Part shown: in pieces, positions 7,557 to 16,544 of the stretch
Position numbering within the stretch: the stretch's first letter is position 1
Layout of the letters: every line of letters begins with the position of its first letter
NCBI GenBank assembly: GCA_017889675.1
Contig: JAGGAA010000002.1
Coordinates: 1 to 45,370 of the forward strand
Length of the DNA: 45,370 nucleotides
Direction: 5' to 3'
From: Bacillota bacterium
GTDB taxonomy: Bacteria; Bacillota; Negativicutes; Sporomusales; Sporomusaceae
The notes under the pieces: model-generated
Told to the model about the DNA's origin: nothing
The model's input: only the letters and a program-made list of their open reading frames with translations
Database searches by the model: none
Program-made: the position numbers and the translations under genes

Positions 7557-7580
7557 AAAAAGCCGCAGTTGCCTGCAGCT
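7557..7580 (-). terminator. terminator at the end of the glycosylation island
   Basis: AGCTGCAG-GCAA-CTGCGGCT followed by a T-run. Confidence 0.7.
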
Positions 7581-7610
7581 AAGTTTAGTCTCCAAGGAGG
7601 GGTTTTGAAA

Positions 7611-8711
7611 CTAATCTAAAGTGCTACGATCACTATTAAACCGGCCTTTAAAGTCTATCGTTCTACATTTTTCCATTGGCAATTTAACACTTACACCTTC
7701 CGCAGCCGATTTGTAGATAGCAAGTACAAGCTCTAACGCGCTTCTTCCATCTTCTGCTGAAACATAAGGCTGTCTATTGTCGTTAATTGCTTCAATAACA
7801 TCGGCATAAAGTGGTATGTGCCCAAATCCATACACATTGGGAGGATTATCGTGATACTTTACCTTTACTTCATCCGGATCATCCAGCAAATCAGAAAACC
7901 GCCACTCTTCAATAAGATTCACAGATTGTCCTCCAGCTTTGACAGTCCCTTTTTCTCCAAAAATGCAAAGGGTTTCCTCAAGATTTTGAGGATAAACATT
8001 TGTTGTTCCTTCAACAATACCATAACTGCCATTCTTAAATCTTATTAATGCTATACCTAAGTCTTCAGTATCAATATAATCATGATTAAGCTTATCGGTC
8101 ATACCAACAACTTCTATTATCTCATCACCCATCATCCACCTAAGAAGGTCAATATTATGAATGCATTGATTCATCAAAGCTCCGCCATCTTGTTCCCATG
8201 TTCCCCGCCATTTAGCACGTGCATAATATTCGTAACCACGGTTCCAACGTATCTGTGCCACACCATAAAACAACCTTCCAAAACGCTTCTTATCAACAGC
8301 TTCCCGGATTTTCAGAATTGATTTATTAAAACGATTTTGATGACAGGCACAGACCTTCACACCTTTATCGTTAGCTTTTGCAATTATTTCGTCAGCTTCT
8401 TCAAGTGAAAGGGTTATAGGCTTCTCTATGATGAGGTTACATCCAGTCTCAATACAATCCAAAGCAATCTGGCCATGTTTACCACTCTCAGTACAAATGG
8501 CAACTATATTAGGTCTTTCCTTTGCAAGCATACCTTTGTAATTAGTGTATGTAGGCGTCAATTCAGAAAGATTGAATTTCAATATTTTATCTTCCATATT
8601 TTTAGGTTCTAGGTCACACAAAGCAACAATTTCAAGATTATTTTTCATAGCCGCTGCTATATGATTTGGTGAAATTCTCCCGCATCCGATTAATGCATAT
8701 CTAAGATTCAT
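7611..8711 (-). CDS. Gfo/Idh/MocA oxidoreductase, WbpB/WlbA-like UDP-GlcNAcA 3-dehydrogenase
   Basis: IGCGRIS, IEKP, QNRFN, WRGTWEQDGGALMNQCIHNID; adjacent to wbpA/D/E-like genes. Confidence 0.88.
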   Translation of the reverse strand: MNLRYALIGCGRISPNHIAAAMKNNLEIVALCDLEPKNMEDKILKFNLSELTPTYTNYKGMLAKERPNIVAICTESGKHGQIALDCIETGCNLIIEKPITLSLEEADEIIAKANDKGVKVCACHQNRFNKSILKIREAVDKKRFGRLFYGVAQIRWNRGYEYYARAKWRGTWEQDGGALMNQCIHNIDLLRWMMGDEIIEVVGMTDKLNHDYIDTEDLGIALIRFKNGSYGIVEGTTNVYPQNLEETLCIFGEKGTVKAGGQSVNLIEEWRFSDLLDDPDEVKVKYHDNPPNVYGFGHIPLYADVIEAINDNRQPYVSAEDGRSALELVLAIYKSAAEGVSVKLPMEKCRTIDFKGRFNSDRSTLD

Positions 8712-8728
8712 GGTATTCCCTCCTTGAA

Positions 8729-10036
8729 CTAAAGCCTTTCAATGTTATCACGCAGCATAACCTCTTTAAATGCGTTTTTAGTATCAAAAACCATTCTCGC
8801 ATGCTGCGCAATCCATTCATAATTAAACCCACTATGCATAGTCGTTAAAATGACTAAATCAGCCTCAGTCAAGGCTTGTTCGGTTAACTCAACTGAAATA
8901 TATTCCTTACTTTTGTACCTGAACTGCGGCACAAATGGATCATGATACACCAAATCAGCGCCATACTTCTCTAATTGCGTAATAACATCTAAAGCTGGTG
9001 ATTGCCGCACATCGTCAATATCCTGCTTGTAAGCCACGCCTAACAACAGAATCTTAGCTCCCTGCATGGCTTTGCCAAACCGGTTTAACAGCTTCATGCT
9101 GCGTTCCATTACAAATTCCGGCATATAGTTATTAATCTCGCCAGCTGTCTCAATCAAGCGGGTATGGTAATTGAATTCTCGTGCCTTCCAGGTCAGGTAG
9201 AAGGGATCAATAGGAATACAGTGTCCGCCAACACCAGGTCCGGGGTAAAAGGCCATAAAGCCATAAGGCTTAGTCTTGGCAGCATCAATGACTTCCCAAA
9301 CGTCAATTCCCATTTTGTCGCAAAGAATAGCCATCTCATTAGCCAAACCTATATTAATATTACGGAAAGTATTTTCCAGAATCTTTTCCATCTCAGCTAC
9401 CGCCGGGCTGGATACCCGATGTACCTCACCCTCAAGAATATGCTCATACATAGCGGCTGCTACCTCTGAACAGTCAGGCGTAATCCCGCCAACTACTTTG
9501 GGCGTATTTTTGGTATTATAAAATTTATTCCCTGGATCCACCCGTTCTGGCGAAAAAGCTAAATAAAAATCTTTCCCTGCCGTCAAACCGCTTCCCTCCA
9601 GAATCGGCTTGACCACCTCTTCCGTTGTCCCGGGATAGGTAGTACTTTCTAATACAACAAGCATTCCAGGATGCAAATACTTAGCAATTTCCTTTGCTGA
9701 ATTCACGACATAAGAAACATCTGGCTGTTGGTACAAATCGAGCGGCGTCGGTACGCATATAGCCACACAATCTACATCTTTAATAAAAGAATAATCCACT
9801 GTCGCCTTAAGTTTGCCACTACTCACCATATTTGTTAAATCTTCAGGTACAATATCACCAATATAGTTTTCACCAGCATTAACCATGGCGACTTTTTGTT
9901 CTTGAACATCAAAGCCGATTGTCGTATAACCAGCCTTGGCCTTTTCCACCGCCAACGGCAAACCAACATAACCGAGGCCGACAACTCCCAATACTACCTG
10001 GCGGTTTTTTATTTTATTCAAAAGCATTTGCTTCAT
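8729..10036 (-). CDS. wbpA: UDP-N-acetylglucosamine 6-dehydrogenase (WbpA-like)
   Basis: GLGYVGLPLA, ICVPTP, LESTTYPGTT, FSPERVDPGN, GPGVGGHCIPIDP, GVAYKQDIDDVRQSP. Confidence 0.9.
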   Translation of the reverse strand: MKQMLLNKIKNRQVVLGVVGLGYVGLPLAVEKAKAGYTTIGFDVQEQKVAMVNAGENYIGDIVPEDLTNMVSSGKLKATVDYSFIKDVDCVAICVPTPLDLYQQPDVSYVVNSAKEIAKYLHPGMLVVLESTTYPGTTEEVVKPILEGSGLTAGKDFYLAFSPERVDPGNKFYNTKNTPKVVGGITPDCSEVAAAMYEHILEGEVHRVSSPAVAEMEKILENTFRNINIGLANEMAILCDKMGIDVWEVIDAAKTKPYGFMAFYPGPGVGGHCIPIDPFYLTWKAREFNYHTRLIETAGEINNYMPEFVMERSMKLLNRFGKAMQGAKILLLGVAYKQDIDDVRQSPALDVITQLEKYGADLVYHDPFVPQFRYKSKEYISVELTEQALTEADLVILTTMHSGFNYEWIAQHARMVFDTKNAFKEVMLRDNIERL

Positions 10037-10040
10037 ATCG

Positions 10041-10613
10041 TCACACTTCTTTCACTTGATCTTGTTGCTTCGTATAGCCGCGATTACAACTGGCGCAATG
10101 AGCCTGACCATCAACAAAACTCAGCTTCTCCCCACACTGGCACATCCAACCACGTTGCCGAGCCGGATTGCCCACCATCAATGCATAGTCCGGCACATCT
10201 TTGGTCACAACAGCCCCAGCACCAATGAAAGCATATTTGCCAATACTATGCCCACAAACAACTGTCGCGTTCGCACCAATCGATGCGCCACGTTTAATCA
10301 CCGTTTCTTTATATTCACTCTTACGGCTGACATGACTCCGGGGATTAATTACATTCGTAAACACACACGACGGCCCCAAAAAAACATCATCTTCACACTT
10401 TACCCCCGTGTATATCGAAACATTATTTTGTATCTTGACATTATTCCCCAGCACGACTTCTGGAGAAATAACGACATTTTGCCCAATATTGCAATTCTCA
10501 CCAATCTGACATTGAGTCATAACATGGGTAAAATGCCAGATTTTTGTCCCCTTGCCGATACTGCAAGGCTCATCAACATAACTGGATTCATGTACAAAAT
10601 AATCTTTATCCAT
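10041..10613 (-). CDS. wbpD: WbpD/WlbB-like N-acetyltransferase (hexapeptide repeat, C-terminal Zn-finger)
   Basis: HESSYVD, IGKGTKIWHF, KIQNNVSIY, GPSCVFTNVINPRS, GNPAR, GWMCQCG. Confidence 0.9.
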   Translation of the reverse strand: MDKDYFVHESSYVDEPCSIGKGTKIWHFTHVMTQCQIGENCNIGQNVVISPEVVLGNNVKIQNNVSIYTGVKCEDDVFLGPSCVFTNVINPRSHVSRKSEYKETVIKRGASIGANATVVCGHSIGKYAFIGAGAVVTKDVPDYALMVGNPARQRGWMCQCGEKLSFVDGQAHCASCNRGYTKQQDQVKEV

Positions 10614-10617
10614 CAAG

Positions 10618-11797
10618 CTACCTCTTACTATAAAATTCTTTTATTGACTGTATAATATAGTCCTGCTGCTCCTCCGTCATTTCCGGGAACAACGGCAACG
10701 CCATTGTGCGTTGACACAACCATTCACTTACAGGCAAATCCCCCAGCTTATATCCCAGGTCATGTTTGCCCAACTGATACACCTTCTGTAAATGGAGCGG
10801 TACCGGATAATAAATTCCGGTAGCAATCCCTTGTTTACCTAAGAAACTGGTCAAAGCAGCCCGTTCTTCACATGTAACTACATATAAATGATACACAGAC
10901 TCAGCATTTTGCAATACCGTCTGCGGACATAGCTTATCTAAAAGATTCGTTTCCGCCAGCAAAACACTATAGCGCTGGCTCAGCCTTTGCCGCGCTTGAT
11001 TCCACTCTGGCAAATAGTTCATTTTAACATTTAGTATCGCCGCCTGCATCGTATCCAATCTACTGTTCATACCGATAAGGAAATTATAATACTTCGTCGG
11101 ATCATAAACAGTGCTATCCGCTTGTCCACTATTCTCCAGACCAAGATCAACAGCTTCGCCGAATAGTAGCCAAATTGTCAACCTTAGTAGTAATCATCCC
11201 GCCATCGCCAAAAGCGCCTAAATTCTTGGTTGGATAAAAAGAAAATGCCGCTGCATCACCAATGGCTCCTACCGATTTAACAGTTCCATCAGAGAAAGTA
11301 TACTTGGCCCCAATGGCTTGGCATGCATCCTCGATTACTTTCAGGTTGTGTTTTTTAGCAATCGCTAAAATAGGCTCCATATCAACAGGCTGTCCAAAAA
11401 TATGAACAGGTAGAATAGCCTTTGTTCTGGGAGTAATGGCGGATTCTAGCTTTTGCGGATCAATATTGAAAGTCCCCTGATCAACATCAACAAAAACCGG
11501 AGTTGCCCCCACACGGGAGATGCTTTCAGCTGTTGCAAAAAAGGTGAAGGGGGTAGTTATTACCTCATCGCCGGAACCAATACCGAGAGCTTCCAGGATA
11601 AGTAGCAGGGCATCTGTGCCACTGTTGCAGGAGATGGCATGAGGCACGCCAGTCGAGCTACAAAAGTTATTTTCCAGGTCTTGTACGCCCTGGCCCATGA
11701 TAAAAGATGTGTTATCTAATAGATTGACTATTTGAGTTATAACATTACTTTTTATAGCTTGTGTTTGCTGATGCAAATCTACTAAAGGTATGCGCAT
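10618..11797 (-). pseudogene. wbpE: DegT/DnrJ/EryC1/StrS aminotransferase (WbpE/WlbC-like), split by frameshift with apparent deletion
   Basis: N-half ([28 protein letters not shown]) stops at 11147; C-half (YNFLIGMNSRLD, YHLYVV, YYPVPLHLQ, LPLFPEM) is in another frame; the usual LRxHG segment is absent at the junction. Confidence 0.85.
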
Positions 11798-11972
11798 ATA
11801 TATCTCCCTCTTTTGATATACAATAACAATTTTTCATTAATAGTATCGTATATCCACAGTCTTATATTAAATTGGAATAAGACATAAAAATAGCTACAGA
11901 AAAACAGCTTACTGTAGCCTAAACGACATTACAGAAGCTGTTAATTGGGGTTCCAATTAATCTTCCTGCTTC

Positions 11973-12602
11973 TCAATTATCAATCAGCCGTACCACTTCA
12001 AACACTTCCGCATAACGCTGGCTAATCTGGGTTCCCCGGGTAATAGCTAAACTCCTAATAAATTCTTCAGTTACATAAGAACGATGCTGCTGCGAACGAT
12101 AGCATTGCAAAGCTTTAATTTTAGTCTGCAATTGGGTTTCATCCAGAACATAAAAGCAAGTTGTTCTAAAGTCTAAATTATTCCAAGGAACCTCATACCC
12201 AAACATAGTCGTTTTCTTAAAAGCGCGAAAACCTTCCTGTGCAATCACTAGATGATCCTGATGAGTGTCTTGCATACTTGGCAAAAATACGATATCGGGC
12301 TGATATTCTTTATTCAAAAGCACCATTTTTTCCAAAATTTCCTGGCGCAACTCCGGAAATTTGCGAACAGCAAAATCAAACACCAAACAATCGCTTTCTT
12401 TTATTCCGAGCGTCCTTGTCGCCTCTACCACTTCGTGACGCAAAATATCACGCGGGAACTGTGGCAATACAGATTGCTCGGCTGCTGAAAAGGCAACATA
12501 TACAACACGATATCCCCGAGCAATTAATTTAATAATACTTCCGCCACAGCCAAATTCGCCATCATCAGTATGTGGCGCTAAAACCAACACTATTTTTTCC
12601 AT
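11973..12602 (-). CDS. PIG-L/LmbE family N-deacetylase
   Basis: APHTDDGEFGCGG and DTHQDH metal-binding motifs. Confidence 0.9.
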   Translation of the reverse strand: MEKIVLVLAPHTDDGEFGCGGSIIKLIARGYRVVYVAFSAAEQSVLPQFPRDILRHEVVEATRTLGIKESDCLVFDFAVRKFPELRQEILEKMVLLNKEYQPDIVFLPSMQDTHQDHLVIAQEGFRAFKKTTMFGYEVPWNNLDFRTTCFYVLDETQLQTKIKALQCYRSQQHRSYVTEEFIRSLAITRGTQISQRYAEVFEVVRLIDN

Positions 12603-12620
12603 TCCTAATTCCCCTCTACA

Positions 12621-13628
12621 CTACCTTGGTAAATGTGACAAGTCCACCATACAACCAGCCCACGACAGACCTACGCCAAATCCCATTACCATTACCCGGT
12701 TTAATGGTAGTGATTTCTCCGCTTCCAACAGCTGTGTAAGAGCAAGTGGAACAGAGCTCGATACTGTATTGCCACAATTAGTAGGATTATTCCAGAAAGG
12801 TAAGCCGTGAAGCTCACACTTTTGCTGCAAGAAATCTAGCATAAACTTATTGGCTTGGTGAAATACATAGTAGTCTACATCCTTTTTCCCCATACTTGCC
12901 TTCTCAAGAATAGCATTCACAGTATCGGGCACAACGTTCAACGCAAAATTACTAATTTCGCCGCCATTCATATAAAGGTGATAATTAGTACGCCGATTGC
13001 CGCTATCATCGACTTGCTCAACCTTAGCGATCTTACAATACGGATTTCGCTGGCCTCCTGCCGGTACGATCAGATGCTTGGCACCACTTCCATCTGTGCC
13101 AAAAACCAAAGAGTCTATCCCGTCCTTATCTGTGTGTTCAGTGGCAATAAGCGTTGCTGTTGCCCCATCGCCAAATAATGGCTTTACCGTCTCATCTTCC
13201 GGATGAATAAATTTACTGTAGGTTTCCGCAGTAAGCAGTAGTACCTGCTTCGCCTGTCCGGTTTCAATTAATCCCTTGGCAATTGACAACCCATAAATAT
13301 AACCGGAACAGCCCAAGTTAAAATCAAAAGCGCCACAGTGCTTTGATAACTGCAGCCGTTCCTGCAAAATGCAAGCCGTTGTTGGCAAAAAATAATCGGG
13401 AGACTGCGTACACAAAATAATAAAGTCAATGCTTTCCCGTTCTATCTCATATTGCAAAAACATTCTTTCTGCCGCCTGAACAGCTAAATCCGAAGCACAC
13501 TCCTGCTCACCGGCAATGTGCCGTTCGTATATCCCCGTCTTTTTAGTCAACCGTTTTGCAGCATCATTTCGTTCAACTTTTTCAGGCAAATAGCCCGCAA
13601 TGGCCTTTATATAAGCTTTTGTTCCCAT
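12621..13628 (-). CDS. 3-oxoacyl-ACP synthase III (FabH-like)
   Basis: DFNLGCSGY (Cys), FHQAN (His), GNTVSSS (Asn), GFGVGLSW. Confidence 0.92.
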   Translation of the reverse strand: MGTKAYIKAIAGYLPEKVERNDAAKRLTKKTGIYERHIAGEQECASDLAVQAAERMFLQYEIERESIDFIILCTQSPDYFLPTTACILQERLQLSKHCGAFDFNLGCSGYIYGLSIAKGLIETGQAKQVLLLTAETYSKFIHPEDETVKPLFGDGATATLIATEHTDKDGIDSLVFGTDGSGAKHLIVPAGGQRNPYCKIAKVEQVDDSGNRRTNYHLYMNGGEISNFALNVVPDTVNAILEKASMGKKDVDYYVFHQANKFMLDFLQQKCELHGLPFWNNPTNCGNTVSSSVPLALTQLLEAEKSLPLNRVMVMGFGVGLSWAGCMVDLSHLPR

Positions 13629-13643
13629 ATCATCACACCTCAG

Positions 13644-14396
13644 TTAGGCTAAATAACCGCCATCCACCACAAAGTCGGCACCAGTAATCCATGCAGCCCG
13701 GCTGCTTAATAAAAAAAGCACCATTCCGGCAACATCTGCAGGCTGCCCAATCCCCAACAAATGCCCGGCAGCTACTCTGTCCTCCTGCAAAACATCTTTG
13801 GTCATATCTGTCCTAATAAAACCAGGACTTATCGTGTTAATCCGGTGACCCTTGCCTGCTATTTCTTTAGCTATTGACTTCATGCCCACCTGCATCGCCG
13901 CCTTTGCCGCACCATACGCGCTTAACCCTTTTTCCCCCTTATAGGCACTAACAGAAGAAAACTGCACATGCGATGTGCCGGAGGCTGCATATTTTTTCTT
14001 AGTAACAAGCTGCAGTAAATTAACCCCAGCCCAATAGCTAACATCCATCATGCATTTAGCCTCAGCAACATTAAATGCCCGTAGCGGTGTAAAGACTAAT
14101 CTTCCTGCCGCATGGACACTGCCATCGACTTTCCCTTTGTTTTGGACAAAATACTCAATCTGTTGCTCGACAGCATCATAATCCGTAACATCAACCTCCG
14201 CGACTGTTACATGCTGCGGATATTTTGCTTGCAGTTGTTCTAACTCCTGCCGCCTGCGGGCTATTGCCAATACATCCGCTCCCGCTATTGCCAGTTCTGT
14301 GGCAACCTGACTTCCCATGCCTGATGATGCGCCGGTAACAACAAACCGCTTACCTGAAAAATCAAACACTACATCCACAACACTACACTCCGCCAA
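13644..14396 (-). CDS. SDR oxidoreductase (FabG-like)
   Basis: TGASSGMG, YGAAK, INTISPG, ITGADFVVDGG. Confidence 0.9.
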   Translation of the reverse strand: MAECSVVDVVFDFSGKRFVVTGASSGMGSQVATELAIAGADVLAIARRRQELEQLQAKYPQHVTVAEVDVTDYDAVEQQIEYFVQNKGKVDGSVHAAGRLVFTPLRAFNVAEAKCMMDVSYWAGVNLLQLVTKKKYAASGTSHVQFSSVSAYKGEKGLSAYGAAKAAMQVGMKSIAKEIAGKGHRINTISPGFIRTDMTKDVLQEDRVAAGHLLGIGQPADVAGMVLFLLSSRAAWITGADFVVDGGYLA

Positions 14397-14601
14397 CTAA
14401 TGCAAACAATTCTTCAGCTGTTTGTGCTTTTTTAATCTCAGGTGCAGTCAGCTTTTTCCCATACTTAATATCCGCCATAGCAGCAAAACTAATCACACTC
14501 AAAGAATCCCATTCTTCAATATCACTTAAATAAGTTTCTATACTAAGTTGTTCAACATCAATATCCAAAATCTCCGCAAGCTGCTCCAAGAACAATTCCA
14601 T
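14383..14601 (-). CDS. acyl carrier protein
   Basis: Acidic 72 aa protein with WDSL phosphopantetheine site. Confidence 0.9.
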   Translation of the reverse strand: MELFLEQLAEILDIDVEQLSIETYLSDIEEWDSLSVISFAAMADIKYGKKLTAPEIKKAQTAEELFALVGGV

Positions 14602-14641
14602 CTTTCATCCTCCTTGATTCAACTAATTCAGTAACTACCTG

Positions 14642-15625
14642 CTATTCTGTAACAATAAGCTTTCCGCTGTGATAAGCTGTCAACAATTGTTTAATTAAAT
14701 CCTTTTCTTCTTTGATTGCCTCCAGCGATCGCGCTGGATCACCACTTACAACCAAACCATCAGCTACAGATTTTTTCACAACCGCACCGATACCGATAAA
14801 GCAATCTTTACCAATACTAATGCCGTTAATTATTGAGCAATTCGGCCCCAGCCAGCTAAACTCGCCAATTTTTACGCTACCGCTGACTTCCGCACAAGCA
14901 GTAATTAGACAGCCCTTGCCAATATGACAATTATGCGCAATATGTACATGATCATCAATCTTGGTATAATCGTCAATAATTGTGGGTTCGATTGTGCCAG
15001 CCACAATCGTAGTCATCGCGCCAATTTCCACGTAATTACCAATGACCACACCGCCTACATGCGGTATGCGAATGGGAATGCCCTGCTCGTCCCGCTCAAA
15101 ACCAAAACCATAGCCGCCGATAACAGTATTTTCGCGAATTATAGTGTGATTACCAATAGTGACATTGCTGTTAATAATTGCTCCTGGTTTGATTATACAA
15201 TTTTCACCGATGTGAACATCATCGCCGATAATCACATTTTTTTCAATAATAGTGCCTTTACCCATTATGAAATTCTTGCCAATGGATGTAGCTAAGCACA
15301 CCGGCTCTCGGTTATCCTCAGTGCCTGTATGCTCTAATATATATTGCAGAATACGCGCATATTCTAAGCGGGGATTAACCGTACCAACAACAAAGTTGTT
15401 CTCCTTCAATGAATCAATCAGGCGAGTTTGGCGTTTGGGCACAAGGATGATGCATTCTGTTAAGGCAGATAGATGTTTGACGGTATCTTCTTTCAGTCGC
15501 TTGCAAAATAGTATAGTGTTATTTTTGGGGTTACCAGTTGAGGATACTGAGGTAATTGTAAAGTTGTAGTTATTATAGTATTGTTCATTTATCTGTTCTA
15601 GACTTTTGACGGGAAAAGAAAACAA
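14642..15625 (-). CDS. LpxD-like hexapeptide-repeat acyltransferase
   Basis: NPRLEY, GFGFE, GGVVIGNYVEIGA, TKIDDHVHIAHNCHIG. Confidence 0.85.
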   Translation of the reverse strand: MFSFPVKSLEQINEQYYNNYNFTITSVSSTGNPKNNTILFCKRLKEDTVKHLSALTECIILVPKRQTRLIDSLKENNFVVGTVNPRLEYARILQYILEHTGTEDNREPVCLATSIGKNFIMGKGTIIEKNVIIGDDVHIGENCIIKPGAIINSNVTIGNHTIIRENTVIGGYGFGFERDEQGIPIRIPHVGGVVIGNYVEIGAMTTIVAGTIEPTIIDDYTKIDDHVHIAHNCHIGKGCLITACAEVSGSVKIGEFSWLGPNCSIINGISIGKDCFIGIGAVVKKSVADGLVVSGDPARSLEAIKEEKDLIKQLLTAYHSGKLIVTE

Positions 15626-15670
15626 TATTTTTCACCTCCGTGTATTATATGTAAAGCGTTGAATAAATCA

Positions 15671-16472
15671 ATCGAAGCCGGGGCATCACTGCCCCAAGCC
15701 CGCACAAAACCGGACGTGCCCTATTTAGGCATCCGGCTCTTCATAATATTATTCACATAATGTAGCTTTTTCCCATACCTATTTCAAAAATGTTTACATA
15801 TGTATATGCCCTAGGAAGCGGATATTTCCTCATGAACAGAACAAATCTGCTCCAATCAAAGCTTTTCTTTTGGCTTCTTCGGTTGAACCATTTATAGAGA
15901 AGGCTTCTAGTTTCATCAATGAAGTCGCTTACTGCATTTCTATTGCCTGTAATGCCATAATATCTACAGTATCCCTGCAACTTTATCTTTATTCTTTTCA
16001 TAAGCTCCTTGGTTGGCATAGTTCGATTTACCTTCAGCCATTCTTTGACTCGCAACAAGCTAGTTTTATACTTCTTTTTGCTTGTTTTCCGTTTAACCAC
16101 TGTTTGTTCATTACTATTCTTGGCTGAGAAATGGGTAAATCCCAGAAAATCAAAATTTCCCGGTGTGCCATCATTATCGTCGTTCTTCTTTTTTCCTATA
16201 ACATGCCATGGTCTTTGACCCCGAAGAGGCCGATATATTTTCGCATATCGAATATATCGGTGTTGCTTTCTGCTCAGGCCACTGCATCAGCCCTCTTGAT
16301 TGGGATTTCGTGGCTCATTCCCTTCAGCTTTCGCTTACGGCCTGCTATCTTGCTGTCTACGCTTAACCGCATGAGTTACCTCATACCGCCCAAGACTCGC
16401 TATGAATGGTTTGCTAAACCTTATTCAGCGAAATTCACACCCGCTATATGATGCACCCTTTGCTTGGCGCAC
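15671..16472 (-). mobile_element. group II intron remnant with a large internal deletion
   Basis: 5' end GTGCGCC at 16472; partial domain I; domain V GAGCCGGATGCCTAAATAGGGCACGTCCGGTT near 15739-15708; domain VI hairpin ending CGAT at 15671; total length only ~800 nt. Confidence 0.9.
15753..16190 (-). pseudogene. ltrA: C-terminal fragment of the intron-encoded RT/maturase (RT domain 7 plus domain X)
   Basis: Frame extends upstream of the listed ORF: GNFDFLGFTH...VKRKTSKKK...KLQGYCRYYGITGN...KWFNRRSQKKSFDW; no YADD and no endonuclease domain. Confidence 0.85.
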
Positions 16473-16544
16473 AGCCTGACCCTTTACACCCTCAGTGATC
16501 CCTAAAATTAATACCCTGCAACACCAAGCAGCATTAGTTTACGA

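Noticed and set aside
11147-11181. Programmed frameshift in wbpE
   Set aside because: No slippery run, and conserved residues are missing, which indicates a deletion.
14642-15625. Housekeeping lpxD of lipid A synthesis
   Set aside because: No lpxA/fabZ/bamA context; it sits in a dedicated ACP/FabH sugar-acylation cluster.
15753-16190. Retron, DGR or defence-associated reverse transcriptase
   Set aside because: It is flanked by a group II intron 5' end and DV/DVI, and only the maturase portion remains.
16208-16221. 14-nt identity (GGGGTCAAAGACCA on the minus strand) between intron domain I and the raiA RNA 3' region
   Set aside because: A single short hairpin with no extension on either side; not enough to claim homology.
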